Source of the DNA: Vicinamibacterales bacterium
GTDB taxonomy: Bacteria > Acidobacteriota > Vicinamibacteria > Vicinamibacterales > SCN-69-37
Reading direction: 5' to 3'
Assembly (NCBI GenBank): GCA_035512575.1
Contig: DATKDT010000152.1
Span: forward strand, 965 to 64,964
DNA: 64,000 bases
Below, one piece after another: positions 7,389-16,802 of this stretch. Position 1 is the stretch's first letter. Every line of letters begins with the position of its first letter. The translations under genes and the position numbers were made by a program. A model generated the notes under the pieces. It saw nothing but the letters and a program-made list of their open reading frames with translations. It searched no databases and had not been told where the DNA came from.

Positions 7389-9378
7389 AAATCTGTCGCG
7401 GCCGTCCGTCCGTCCGCCGGTCCCCACGGCCTGGCACGCGGCGGCGCTGTATGCGGCGGCGGCGCTCGCGTGGACGTGGCCGCTCGCCCCCAACATCGCG
7501 ACGGCCATCGCCTGGGATCTCGGCGATCCGATGCTCGTCGCCTGGGTCATGGGCTGGGTCAACGACAGCGTGCTGGCCCTGGCGCGCGGAGACGCCGGAC
7601 GCTTCCTCGCGATGTGGGACGCGCCCATCTTCCATCCAGAACCGGTGGTGCTCGCCTTCTCCGAGCACATGATCCCGCAGGCGCTGTTCGTGCTGCCGCT
7701 GCACGCGGCCACGGGCAACATCATCCTCTGTTACAACGTCGCGCTGCTGGGCACGTTCGTGCTGTCGGGCGTCGGCATGTTCCTGCTGGCGCGGGAGCTC
7801 ACGGGCAGCGCGCCGGCCGGCCTGCTCGCCGGGGCGATCTTCGCGTTCACGCCGTACCGCGTCGATCAGCTCTCGCACCTGCACATTCTCTCGAGCCAGT
7901 GGATGCCGTTCGCGCTGTTCGGCCTGCGCCGGTACTTCACGACCCGCCGGCTGCGTCCGCTCGTGTGGGCCACGCTCGCGCTCGTCGCGCTGAACCTGTC
8001 GAGCGGGTACTACCTGTTCTTCTTCACGCCGTTTCTCGTCGCCTACGTGATCGGCGAGATGCGGGGCCGGCGCCTGCTGGGCGACCGGCGCACCTGGGCG
8101 CACCTCGCCGGCGCGGGCGCCGCCTCCGCCATGCTCACGCTCCCGTTTCTCATTCCCTATCTGGCCGCGCGAAGCGGCGAGGTCGGCCGGCGATCGTACG
8201 GCGCCATCCGTCAGTTCTCCGCCGACGTCTATGCGTACGTCACGGGCCCGGTCTCCATCCCCTGGTACCGCGATCTGCTCGACGCGATGCGCGACGCGCC
8301 GGAAAACGCCGCGTTTCCGGGCGCGGTGGCGGTCCTCATGGCCGTGGCCGCCATGGCGCTGCTGCTCACGCAGGCGCTCCGCCGCTGGCAGGAGACGCCG
8401 GCGCGCGACGGCTGGCGCGGTCCCGCCATCGCGCTGCTACTGCTGGCCGCCGCCGCTTCGATCGTGGCGATTCTGTGGATTGGCGTCACCGGCGGCCGCA
8501 TCATCATCGTCGCGGGCCATGAAGTCAGGCTGAGAAATCTCGGACGCTTCGCGATGTACGGCAGCGTGGCGATCCTGCTTGCGGCTGCGCTGTCGGCGCG
8601 GCTGCGCGCGGCGTTTCGCGGAAGACCCGGTTCACTCGCCGCCGGCGCGCTCGTCGCCGCGTTCGCGGCGCTCCTGCTGTCGCTCGGGCCGCGCATGGAA
8701 TCGATGAACGAGTTCATCGGCTATGGGCCGTACGCGATCCTTCTGAAGGTGATGCCCGGCTTCGACGGTCTGCGCGTGCCGTCGCGCTACGCCATGATCG
8801 TCGTCTTCTGGCTTGCGGTGGCCGGCGCGTATGCGGCGGCGGCCATGATCGGCCGCGCGCGCTGGGCGCTGGCGGCCGTGCTCCTGCTGACGGGTGCCGC
8901 CATGGTGGAATCGCGTCCGTCGCGGTTTGCGCTCGACTCGCCGTTCTATGAACCTGACGTCGCGCCGCTGTCGATGACGCCCCGGCTGCGGGCGGCCGAG
9001 CCCCTGTACGTCGCGCTGCGCGAGCTGCCGCGAGGCGTGCTGCTCGAGCTGCCGTGGGGCACCACGGGCTGGGACATTCAGTACATGCACGCGCAGCGCC
9101 GCCACGGCTGGCCGCTCGTCAATGGCTTCAGCGGCTACTTTCCGCAGACATACATGCGCACCGATTCGATCAGGGACGCGCTCGTCTCGCCCGATCGCGC
9201 GTGGTGGGCGCTCGAGCGTTCCGGCGCCTCGCATGTGATCGTGCACGAATGGGCATTCCCTTCCATCGATCGTGGCAGGCGGGTATCACAATGGCTGCGC
9301 GACGGCGGCGCCGTCGAGGTAACGTCGACGGAGAACGACCGCCTTTTCCGCCTGCCGGGCGGCACTCAGCACCGCTGA
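7366..9378 (+). CDS. Large polytopic membrane protein, putative GT-C-fold glycosyltransferase
   Basis: 670 aa with more than 10 hydrophobic segments, followed by a soluble C-terminal domain. GTG start overlaps the upstream gene by 23 nt. Family assignment rests on architecture only. Confidence 0.55.
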   Translation: MATPPATENLSRPSVRPPVPTAWHAAALYAAAALAWTWPLAPNIATAIAWDLGDPMLVAWVMGWVNDSVLALARGDAGRFLAMWDAPIFHPEPVVLAFSEHMIPQALFVLPLHAATGNIILCYNVALLGTFVLSGVGMFLLARELTGSAPAGLLAGAIFAFTPYRVDQLSHLHILSSQWMPFALFGLRRYFTTRRLRPLVWATLALVALNLSSGYYLFFFTPFLVAYVIGEMRGRRLLGDRRTWAHLAGAGAASAMLTLPFLIPYLAARSGEVGRRSYGAIRQFSADVYAYVTGPVSIPWYRDLLDAMRDAPENAAFPGAVAVLMAVAAMALLLTQALRRWQETPARDGWRGPAIALLLLAAAASIVAILWIGVTGGRIIIVAGHEVRLRNLGRFAMYGSVAILLAAALSARLRAAFRGRPGSLAAGALVAAFAALLLSLGPRMESMNEFIGYGPYAILLKVMPGFDGLRVPSRYAMIVVFWLAVAGAYAAAAMIGRARWALAAVLLLTGAAMVESRPSRFALDSPFYEPDVAPLSMTPRLRAAEPLYVALRELPRGVLLELPWGTTGWDIQYMHAQRRHGWPLVNGFSGYFPQTYMRTDSIRDALVSPDRAWWALERSGASHVIVHEWAFPSIDRGRRVSQWLRDGGAVEVTSTENDRLFRLPGGTQHR

Positions 9379-9385
9379 GCTCATC

Positions 9386-9775
9386 GTGGCACGCGCGTTG
9401 CCCTTCCATATGGCGGGAGGGAACACCGACGTGCGACCGAGAGCGCAGGCATACGCAGCGACCTACGACGAAACGCTCAACCCGCGAATGCTGGGCCACG
9501 AGCTCGTGTTCGCCGCGTTCCTCGTCACGCAGATTCTCGACGGCCTGTTGACCTACGTCGGCGTGTCGCTGTTCGGCATTGCGGCGGAAGGCAATCCGAT
9601 TCTTGCCTATCTGATGTCCTCCTACGGCGAGGCGATCGCCCTTGCCGGCGCGAAGCTCGTGGCCGCGCTGTGCGGCGTCGCGCTCTACCTCCTCGCGGTC
9701 GACCACCTCCTGGCCGTGCTCACCCTGATCTACATCGGCGCCGCCGTCGTGCCCTGGACACTCGTGCTCCTCTGA
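9386..9775 (+). CDS. Small membrane protein (DUF5658-like)
   Basis: 129-aa ORF with three or four TM helices; segment FLVTQILDGLLTYVGV..EGNPILAYLM. GTG start; alternative start at ATG 9410. Confidence 0.5.
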   Translation: MARALPFHMAGGNTDVRPRAQAYAATYDETLNPRMLGHELVFAAFLVTQILDGLLTYVGVSLFGIAAEGNPILAYLMSSYGEAIALAGAKLVAALCGVALYLLAVDHLLAVLTLIYIGAAVVPWTLVLL

Positions 9776-9796
9776 GGGCGCCGATATACTTCGGGG

Positions 9797-10978
9797 ATGC
9801 GTACGGATCCCCTGGCATTTCTGGGCGATGCACTCGCCTCGCTGAAAGAGCAGAACCTCTACCGCCGCCTCCGCATTCTCGACGACGAGCAGCGGGCAAC
9901 CACGCGATTCGACGGCCGCGAGGTCGTCAACCTCTCCTCCAACAACTACCTCGGCCTGACCACGCACCCCCGCCTGCGCGCGCAGTCGATCGCCGCCGTC
10001 GAGACGTACGGCGCCGGCTCCGGCTCCGTGCGGACGATCGCGGGGACGATGGCGATCCACATGGAGCTCGAGCGCCGGCTCGCGGCCTTCAAGAAGACGG
10101 AAGCCGTGGTGGTCTTTCAGAGCGGCTTCGCCGCCAACGCGGGCACCGTCTCGGCCATCCTCGGCCGCGACGATGTGATCGTCTCGGACGAGCTCAATCA
10201 CGCGAGCATCATCGACGGCGCCCGCCTGAGCCGCGCGGCCATCAAGGTCTTTCCTCACAAGGACGTGGACGCGGCGCGGAAGATCCTGCGCGACCTTCCC
10301 CCCGCGCAGAAGAAGCTGGTCATCACCGACGGCGTCTTCAGCATGGACGGCGATCTTGGCCCTGTGGCGGAGCTCGCCTCACTCGCCGAGGAATACGGCG
10401 CGATCATGATGGTCGACGACGCGCATGCGAGCGGCGTGTTCGGGCGCCACGGGCGCGGCACGATCGATCATTTCGACGCGCACGGCCGTGTCGACATCCA
10501 GGTGGGCACCCTGTCGAAGGCGATGGGCGCGCTCGGCGGCTACGTCGCGGGCACCCGCGACCTGATCGAGTTCCTGTACCACCGCGCGCGGCCGTTCCTC
10601 TTCTCGACCTCGCATCCCCCGGCCGTCGCCGCCGCGTGCCTGGCGGCGCTCGACGTGCTGGAGCAGGAGCCGCAGCTGATTGAACAGCTCTGGGACAACA
10701 CTCGTTTCTTCAAAGAGGGGCTGGCGGCGCTGGGGTTCAACACGGGCATCAGCGAGAGCCCGATCACGCCCGTCATCGCGGGCGAGGGCGCGCTGGCCAT
10801 GAAGCTCTCGGATCGGCTCTTCGAGGAAGGCGTCTTCGCGCAGGGCATCGCGTATCCCACCGTGGCGCGCGACAAGGCCCGCGTGCGCACCATCGTGACC
10901 GCCACGCACACGCGCGAGGAGCTGCAGTTCGCGCTGGACACCTTCGCGAAGGTCGGACGGGAGCTCGGGATTATTTGA
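9797..10978 (+). CDS. kbl: Glycine C-acetyltransferase (2-amino-3-ketobutyrate CoA ligase) / alpha-oxoamine synthase family
   Basis: 393 aa with SNNYLGL, DELNHASIIDG, DDAHASG and the PLP-lysine motif GTLSKAMG. Confidence 0.85.
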   Translation: MRTDPLAFLGDALASLKEQNLYRRLRILDDEQRATTRFDGREVVNLSSNNYLGLTTHPRLRAQSIAAVETYGAGSGSVRTIAGTMAIHMELERRLAAFKKTEAVVVFQSGFAANAGTVSAILGRDDVIVSDELNHASIIDGARLSRAAIKVFPHKDVDAARKILRDLPPAQKKLVITDGVFSMDGDLGPVAELASLAEEYGAIMMVDDAHASGVFGRHGRGTIDHFDAHGRVDIQVGTLSKAMGALGGYVAGTRDLIEFLYHRARPFLFSTSHPPAVAAACLAALDVLEQEPQLIEQLWDNTRFFKEGLAALGFNTGISESPITPVIAGEGALAMKLSDRLFEEGVFAQGIAYPTVARDKARVRTIVTATHTREELQFALDTFAKVGRELGII

Positions 10979-10987
10979 GGCCACATC

Positions 10988-11199
10988 AGGTTCCACGGGT
11001 TCCACGGGTTCCGTAGGTTCCAGGGTTCGGTTCCCTGGGTTCACGGGTTCACGGGTTCACGGGTTCACGGGTTCACGGGATTCGAACCCGCGGAACGTTC
11101 GAACGCGCGGAACGTCCGAACCTTCGGAACCGTTCGCGAACTCTCGGAACGAGAGAACCGAACCGATGGAACCCGTGGAACCCATGGAACCAATGGAAC
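10988..11199. repeat. About 210-bp imperfect palindrome made of GGTTCCACG / GGGTTCAC tandem repeats and their inverse
   Basis: Left half carries GGTTCCACG x2-3 then GGGTTCAC x5. Right half carries CGGAAC variants ending in GGAACCCGTGGAACCCATGGAACCAATGGAAC. It fills the whole kbl to SpoIIE-phosphatase intergenic gap. Confidence 0.85.
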
Positions 11200-11208
11200 T
11201 TCCGTAAA

Positions 11209-12378
11209 ATGCGCTCCAGCTTCAACCGGTACACGCGAGAGATCACCCAGGCGGACCTCGAGCGGCTCCTCACGCGGGAGACGCCCGAGGCATACCACTA
11301 CTTCGCGCGCGACATCGACCTGCGGGAGCTGGCGGCGCTGCCGTGGTACCGCCGCTGGCCGCGCTTCGCCAGGCAGTTCTTCATGGCGTTCGCGATGCGG
11401 CTGTCGCCGGCGCGGCGCGCGCTCTACGGCATCGCGGTGGCCGCCGCCGTCATCGGCGCCTTCGAGCTCTTCGAAGGCGGCGGCATCGTGCGGGCGCTGG
11501 TCGGCCCCTTCGAGGTGGGGTTCGTCACGCCCCGCTGGACGGACGGCACCGGGTGGTTGTTCGTGGCGTTCATCCTGCTCAACCTGCTCGTCATGATGGA
11601 GGTGGCCGACCGCCTCTCGCTCAAGAACGAGCTCGAGGTCGCGCGCGACATTCAGCTGGCGATGCTGCCGGGCGGCACCTGGTCGGACGGCACCGCGTCG
11701 GCCGCCGGTGTGACCCGGCCCGCCAACACGGTGGGCGGCGACTTCTACGACATCCTGCCGCTCGCCGACGGCCGCGTGCTGATCGCGCTCGGCGACGTCG
11801 CCGGCAAGGGCAGCCCCGCGGCGCTGCTCATGGCGCTGCTGCTCGCCATGATGCGCACGCTCGTCGACGAGGGGCTCGAGCCGGCGGCGCTGATGCGCCG
11901 GCTCAATGCGCAGGTCCTGCGGCACAGTCCGCGATCCCGCTTCATCACGCTGTTCGCGGCGGCCTTCCGTCCATCGACCGGCGAGCTCGAATGGGTGAAT
12001 GCGGGGCATCTGCCGCCGATGATCCGGCGCGCGAACGGCGATCTCGAGCGCGATCTGTTCCGCGACGGCGGCGGCATGGCCCTGGGCATGTTCGAGGCGG
12101 CCGAATACGACACGCGCATGGCGCGGCTCGAACCCGGCGACGCGCTCGTCGTCTACAGCGACGGGCTCACCGAAGCCGAGAACGCCGCCGGCAACCCCTT
12201 CGAAGACGCGGGCGTCGAAGCCGTCGTCGCCAGACATGGCGTGGCGGATCCGGCGTCGCTCGGCCGCGCGCTGCTGCGGGCGGTCGAGACGTATGCCGGC
12301 GACGCGAAGCTGGCCGACGACCTCACCGTCCTCTCGCTCGTCCGCCATCCCGGCGGATCCACCATTTTCGGCGTCTAA
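11209..12378 (+). CDS. Membrane-anchored PP2C-type SpoIIE/RsbU family phosphatase
   Basis: Central TM segments followed by SpoIIE-domain motifs GGDFYDILPL, GDVAGKGSPAALLMA and DDLTVLSL. Confidence 0.85.
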   Translation: MRSSFNRYTREITQADLERLLTRETPEAYHYFARDIDLRELAALPWYRRWPRFARQFFMAFAMRLSPARRALYGIAVAAAVIGAFELFEGGGIVRALVGPFEVGFVTPRWTDGTGWLFVAFILLNLLVMMEVADRLSLKNELEVARDIQLAMLPGGTWSDGTASAAGVTRPANTVGGDFYDILPLADGRVLIALGDVAGKGSPAALLMALLLAMMRTLVDEGLEPAALMRRLNAQVLRHSPRSRFITLFAAAFRPSTGELEWVNAGHLPPMIRRANGDLERDLFRDGGGMALGMFEAAEYDTRMARLEPGDALVVYSDGLTEAENAAGNPFEDAGVEAVVARHGVADPASLGRALLRAVETYAGDAKLADDLTVLSLVRHPGGSTIFGV

Positions 12379-12384
12379 AGATCC

Positions 12385-15009
12385 GTGCGGGCGCGCCTCC
12401 GCGTCGTCGTGTTGCTGGCCGCGGCTCTGACCGCTGCTCCGCCGCTGCCGGCGCAGACGGGGGACGGGCCCGCGCGGCTCGTCCTCGCCCTCGAAGAGGC
12501 GATGCAGACGGGCGCGATGGAGCGCTTCCGCGCGCTGCTCGCGACGGATGCCCGCACCGGGACGTTCGAGCGGCTGATGCGCGGCCCGCGGACCAGAGCC
12601 GTGGTGCGCGAGCGCGATCGCGCCCCGGCGTCCGCGCCCGGCGAGGTCGACCTGCTCCTCGACACCTTCGTCGAGCGCGGCGCCGAAGGACACATCGCGA
12701 CCTGGCGCGCCACGGCGCGGCCGGGCGCCGAGGCCGGCGCGCCGTGGCAGATCACGGCGCTCGACGAGCTGTCGGCGGTCGACGGCCTCTATCGCCTGGC
12801 GCTCGGCGCCCAGGCCTACGACGCGCGCGGCCTCAGGCTTTCCGCAACCGACTTCACGCTGCAGATGCGCACGGGCCTCGCCTATACGGCCGACGCCGGC
12901 GGCGGCGTCACCGCCGTCGTGCTCCGCGGCAGGGGCGAGATGATCTTCACGCCGCCCGATCCCGCCGAGCGGCGGCAGGTCGAGATCTTCTCGAAGTCGC
13001 CGGCGCTGCGCGTGCCGTTCGAGGAGGCGTTCATCCGCCTGCACCCCGGCGACCTGCAGAACCGCCTCGGCGTCCAGGCCCTGACGCCGCGCCAGGCGAG
13101 CGAGTCCGACGCGCGGCGCGCGCTGCAGGTCTTCGACGCATTCGCCGGGCGCACCTACACGCTCGACCTGCAGGATCTGTCGCGCGATCGCTGGTCGCTC
13201 GTGCCGGCGTTCGGCGATCTCGTCGCCGAAGTGCGCACGAAGAAGTTCGGCAACCTGACGTACGCGCTCTCGTCGGGCGAGGCGGAGAACGTGACGCTGT
13301 TCCACCGCGAGAGCCGGCGCAACATCTCGCTCTACGCCTCGGCGGCGCAGCGCGCCCAGCGGGGCCGCTTCTACAGCGACGACGACCGGGCCGACTACGA
13401 CATCGAGCATCACGACGTCGACGTGCGGGTGACGCCGTCGCGGGAATGGATCGAAGGCGCCGCCTCAGTGCGCGCGCGGGCGCGCCGGCGGCTGTCGAGC
13501 GTGACGCTGCGGCTCGCCGAATCGCTGGTCGTGCGGTCGGTGGCCGCGAAGGGGCACGGCCGCCTGATGCACCTGCGCGTCATCGGCCAGAACAACGTGA
13601 TCGTGACGCTGCCCACGCCGGCGGAGCCGGGCGAGATCATCGAGCTCGACGTGCGCTACGGCGGGCGGGTGCCCAGCCAGACGCTCGACCGGGAAGCCGC
13701 GGCGGTCGCGGCGCCCCAGCAGATGGATCCCATCGTCATCCCGCCCGAGCCGCGCTGGATCTACAGCAACCGCAGCTACTGGTATCCGCAGTCGCCGGTG
13801 GGTGATTTCGCCACGGCGCGAGTCCGCGTCACCGTGCCCGATCCGCTCGACGTGATCGCCACCGGCGTGCAGCTGGGCCCGCCCGAGCCGGTGGCGGATC
13901 CGCCTCCTGCCGCGCCGGCGCGCGCGTTCACGTTCGAGTCGGCGCGCCCGGTGCGCTATCTCTCGGCCGTCATCTCACGCTTCGTCCCGGTCGTGTCGCG
14001 GCCGCTGGATGCCGGCGGCGGCGCGCCCTTGACGCTCAACGTCATCGCGAGCCCGCGGCAGGCCGGCCGCGCGCGGGACGTGGCGGATCAGGCGGAAGCC
14101 ATCTTCACCTTCTACCGCGCGCTGCTCGGCAGCGCGCCCTATCCGCAGCTCACGGTGGCCGTGAGCGAAAGCGAGCTGCCCGGCGGCCACAGCCCCGCGT
14201 ATTTCGTGCTGCTCAACCAGACGCTGCCGTCGGCCGCCATGACCTGGCGCGCCGACCCGGTCAGCTTCGACAACTACCCGGCCTTCTTCATCGCGCACGA
14301 GATCGCCCACCAGTGGTGGGGCCAGGCCGTCGGCTGGAAGAACTATCACGAGCAGTGGATCAGCGAGGGCTTCGCGCAGTACTTCGCGGCGCTCTACGCC
14401 GGAGAGGAGCGCGGCCCGGCGGCGCTCGGCAACCTGCTGCGGCAGATGCGGCGCTGGGCGCTCGAGCGGTCGGGCGACGGGCCGATCCATCTCGGCTACC
14501 GGCTGGGGCACGTCCAGCGCGACAGCCGCGTCTATCGCGCCCTCGTCTACAACAAGTCGGCGGTCGTCCTGCACATGCTGCGGCGGATCGTCGGCGACGA
14601 GCGCTTCTTCGCCGGCATGCGCCGCTTCTACGAGCAGACGAAGTTCGGCAAGGCCGGCACCGAGGACTTCCGGCTGGTGATGGAGGCCGAGACCGGCCGC
14701 AACCTCGAGCAGTTCTTCGACGGGTGGATCTACGGGTTCGGCGTGCCCACCGTCCGCATCACGCACCGCGTCGAAACGCATCCCGGCGGCGAAACCGAGG
14801 TGGTCATTTCGGCGGTCCAGACCGGCGGAGTCTACGACCTGCCGGTGACCCTGACGATCGAGCAGCGCAACGGCGCGAAGCGCGACGTGCTGCTGCTGCT
14901 GACCGAGGCGTCGGCCGAGCTGCGCGTCCCGATTGACGCGGCGGCCGGGCGTGTGCGGCGCGTCCACGTCGACAGCGACGAGTCCGCGCTGGCCCGGTTC
15001 GTCCGCTAG
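12385..15009 (+). CDS. Secreted M1-family zinc aminopeptidase
   Basis: GTG start with signal peptide RVVVLLAAALTAAPPLPAQ. Gluzincin motif HEIAHQWWG...WISEGFAQY. Confidence 0.85.
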   Translation: MRARLRVVVLLAAALTAAPPLPAQTGDGPARLVLALEEAMQTGAMERFRALLATDARTGTFERLMRGPRTRAVVRERDRAPASAPGEVDLLLDTFVERGAEGHIATWRATARPGAEAGAPWQITALDELSAVDGLYRLALGAQAYDARGLRLSATDFTLQMRTGLAYTADAGGGVTAVVLRGRGEMIFTPPDPAERRQVEIFSKSPALRVPFEEAFIRLHPGDLQNRLGVQALTPRQASESDARRALQVFDAFAGRTYTLDLQDLSRDRWSLVPAFGDLVAEVRTKKFGNLTYALSSGEAENVTLFHRESRRNISLYASAAQRAQRGRFYSDDDRADYDIEHHDVDVRVTPSREWIEGAASVRARARRRLSSVTLRLAESLVVRSVAAKGHGRLMHLRVIGQNNVIVTLPTPAEPGEIIELDVRYGGRVPSQTLDREAAAVAAPQQMDPIVIPPEPRWIYSNRSYWYPQSPVGDFATARVRVTVPDPLDVIATGVQLGPPEPVADPPPAAPARAFTFESARPVRYLSAVISRFVPVVSRPLDAGGGAPLTLNVIASPRQAGRARDVADQAEAIFTFYRALLGSAPYPQLTVAVSESELPGGHSPAYFVLLNQTLPSAAMTWRADPVSFDNYPAFFIAHEIAHQWWGQAVGWKNYHEQWISEGFAQYFAALYAGEERGPAALGNLLRQMRRWALERSGDGPIHLGYRLGHVQRDSRVYRALVYNKSAVVLHMLRRIVGDERFFAGMRRFYEQTKFGKAGTEDFRLVMEAETGRNLEQFFDGWIYGFGVPTVRITHRVETHPGGETEVVISAVQTGGVYDLPVTLTIEQRNGAKRDVLLLLTEASAELRVPIDAAAGRVRRVHVDSDESALARFVR

Positions 15010-15029
15010 ATCCGATAGAATTTCCTGTT

Positions 15030-16802
15030 ATGGACAGCGTCACGCTCACCATCGACGGCAAGCAGGTGTCGGTCCCCGCGGGGACCACGGTCCTGCAGGC
15101 CGCGATTCAGGCCGGGATTCAGATTCCCTACTACTGCTATCACCCCGGCCTCGGCATCGACGGCTCCTGCCGCGTGTGCATCGTCAAGATCGAGAAGATG
15201 CCGAAGCTGCAGACGTCGTGCTCGACGCCTTGCGCCGACGGCATGGTGGTGACGACGAATTCCGAGGACGTGGAAGCGGCGCGGGCGAGCGTGTTCGAGT
15301 TCCTGCTGATCAACCATCCGCTCGACTGTCCGGTCTGCGACAAGGGCGGCGAATGCCCGCTCCAGGATTTCTCCTACACGTTCGGGCCCGAGCGCAGCCG
15401 CATGGAGTTTCCGCGGCGCGAGTTCGACGGCAACGGCGTGCGCGCCGACGTCGACTTCGGGCCGACGCTGATGCTGAACCGCAACCGCTGCATCCTCTGC
15501 ACGCGCTGCGTGCGGTTCATGCGCGAGATCGACGGCGACGCGCAGATCAGCATCGTCAACCGCAGCTACGGCAGCGAGATTGCGACGTTCAGGGAGGAAG
15601 GCGTCCATTCGCTTCTCTCGGGCAACCTCATGGACGTCTGCCCGGTCGGCGCGATCACCACGCGCGACTACCGGTTCAAGTCGCGCCCGTGGGACAACCC
15701 GCTGGCCATCGACACGATCTGCACGCAGTGCGAGCGCGGCTGCAACACCACGCTCTGGATCAAGGCGAAGCCGGAATGGGCGAAAGGCGCCCAGGTGGTG
15801 CGCGCGACGCCGCGCTACAACCCCGACGTCAACGAGTTCTGGATGTGCGACATCGGCCGCTTCAATCTCGACTGGATCGAGAGCGAGCAGCGGCTGCGGC
15901 GCCCGCTCGTGAAGCGCGGCGGCGCGCTCGCGCCGGCAAACTGGGACGACGCGTTCCAGGCGCTGACGGCGGCGGTCGAAGGCGCGGGCGGCGCCCGGGC
16001 GGTGCGGTACCTCGCGTCGGCACACGCATCGCTCGAGGAGCTGCACCTGCTTGCGTCGCTGGCCGGCGGCGCCGGCAACGTGGCGGTCGGCTGGCGGTAC
16101 AGCCGCAAGCCGCAGCCCGAGGGCACGAAGTTCGTCGTGCCGCCGGTCGACGCGCCGAATCTGCGCGGCGCGCGCGATCTCGGCTTCAGGGTGCCGGCCG
16201 AGAGCGCGCCGGCGGATCTGTCGGCGCTCCGCGCCGACGTCGAAGGCGGCCGCGTGAAGGCGCTGTACGTCTTCGATCCCGGCCCGGACGGCTCGATCGG
16301 CGACCTCGAATGGATGCTGGCCGCGCGCCGCGCGGGCCGGCTGCCCGTCCTCGTGTACCAGGGCGTGCTGCTGACGCCGCTTGCCGCCGAAGCCGACATC
16401 GTCCTCCCCGGCGCGTGCTCCGCCGAGAAGGACGCGACCTACACGAACTCTCAGGGCCGCGTGCAGGCCACCGCACAGGCGATCACGCCGCCCGGAGACG
16501 CGCAGGAGGACTGGCGCATCTTCACGCGACTCGCCGGGGTGCTGGGCGCGCCGACCGCCTTCGCGAGCGCGCCCGCCATCCGCGAGAGCATCGCGTCGGG
16601 CACGCCCATTCCGGGCTACGAGGCGCTGAAGGCGGTCACGTTTCCCCGCCCCGTGCCGCAGCGCAGCTGGCTGCAGACATCGAACCCGTCGGAACGCTGG
16701 AAGTGGGACTTCATGTTCCAGGACCTGCCGCCCATCAAGTTCGGCGTGGAATTCGGCCCGCTGCCGCGCGCCGACGTCATCCCGCTGCGCGAAATTAAAT
16801 AA
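15030..16802 (+). CDS. NuoG-like Fe-S protein (NADH-quinone oxidoreductase subunit G / molybdopterin-oxidoreductase family), stand-alone
   Basis: N-terminal 2Fe-2S motif CYHPGLGIDGSCRVC, then HPLDCPVCDKGGECPLQD, CILCTRCVRF and CPVGAIT clusters. No other nuo genes in the window. Confidence 0.8.
   Translation: MDSVTLTIDGKQVSVPAGTTVLQAAIQAGIQIPYYCYHPGLGIDGSCRVCIVKIEKMPKLQTSCSTPCADGMVVTTNSEDVEAARASVFEFLLINHPLDCPVCDKGGECPLQDFSYTFGPERSRMEFPRREFDGNGVRADVDFGPTLMLNRNRCILCTRCVRFMREIDGDAQISIVNRSYGSEIATFREEGVHSLLSGNLMDVCPVGAITTRDYRFKSRPWDNPLAIDTICTQCERGCNTTLWIKAKPEWAKGAQVVRATPRYNPDVNEFWMCDIGRFNLDWIESEQRLRRPLVKRGGALAPANWDDAFQALTAAVEGAGGARAVRYLASAHASLEELHLLASLAGGAGNVAVGWRYSRKPQPEGTKFVVPPVDAPNLRGARDLGFRVPAESAPADLSALRADVEGGRVKALYVFDPGPDGSIGDLEWMLAARRAGRLPVLVYQGVLLTPLAAEADIVLPGACSAEKDATYTNSQGRVQATAQAITPPGDAQEDWRIFTRLAGVLGAPTAFASAPAIRESIASGTPIPGYEALKAVTFPRPVPQRSWLQTSNPSERWKWDFMFQDLPPIKFGVEFGPLPRADVIPLREIK

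Noticed and set aside
11074-11093. Possible tRNA gene, based on a perfect T-arm GCGGGTTCGAATCCCGT on the minus strand.
   Set aside because: I could not build an acceptor stem, D-arm or anticodon arm from the flanking sequence, which is just GTTC/GAAC tandem repeats. It is kept only as a tRNA-like fragment in the findings.
10988-11199. CRISPR array, considered for this and the other tandem-repeat blocks (46330-46363, 52330-52392, 57241-57286).
   Set aside because: The repeat units are only 6-9 bp and directly abut each other with no unique spacers. No cas genes are present.
11065-13413. Very long antisense or shadow ORFs. Examples: 11065..13413 (-), 15006..17672 (-), 2434..3888 (-), 4969..6246 (-), 6252..7724 (-), 38331..40238 (+), 44565..46364 (+), 46863..49328 (+), 47935..49629 (-), 28480..30717 (+).
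   Set aside because: Their translations are Arg/Ala/Gly/Pro/His-rich low-complexity strings with no domain motifs. They lie opposite or out of frame to genes with clear family signatures. Stop-codon depletion of this kind is expected in high-GC DNA.
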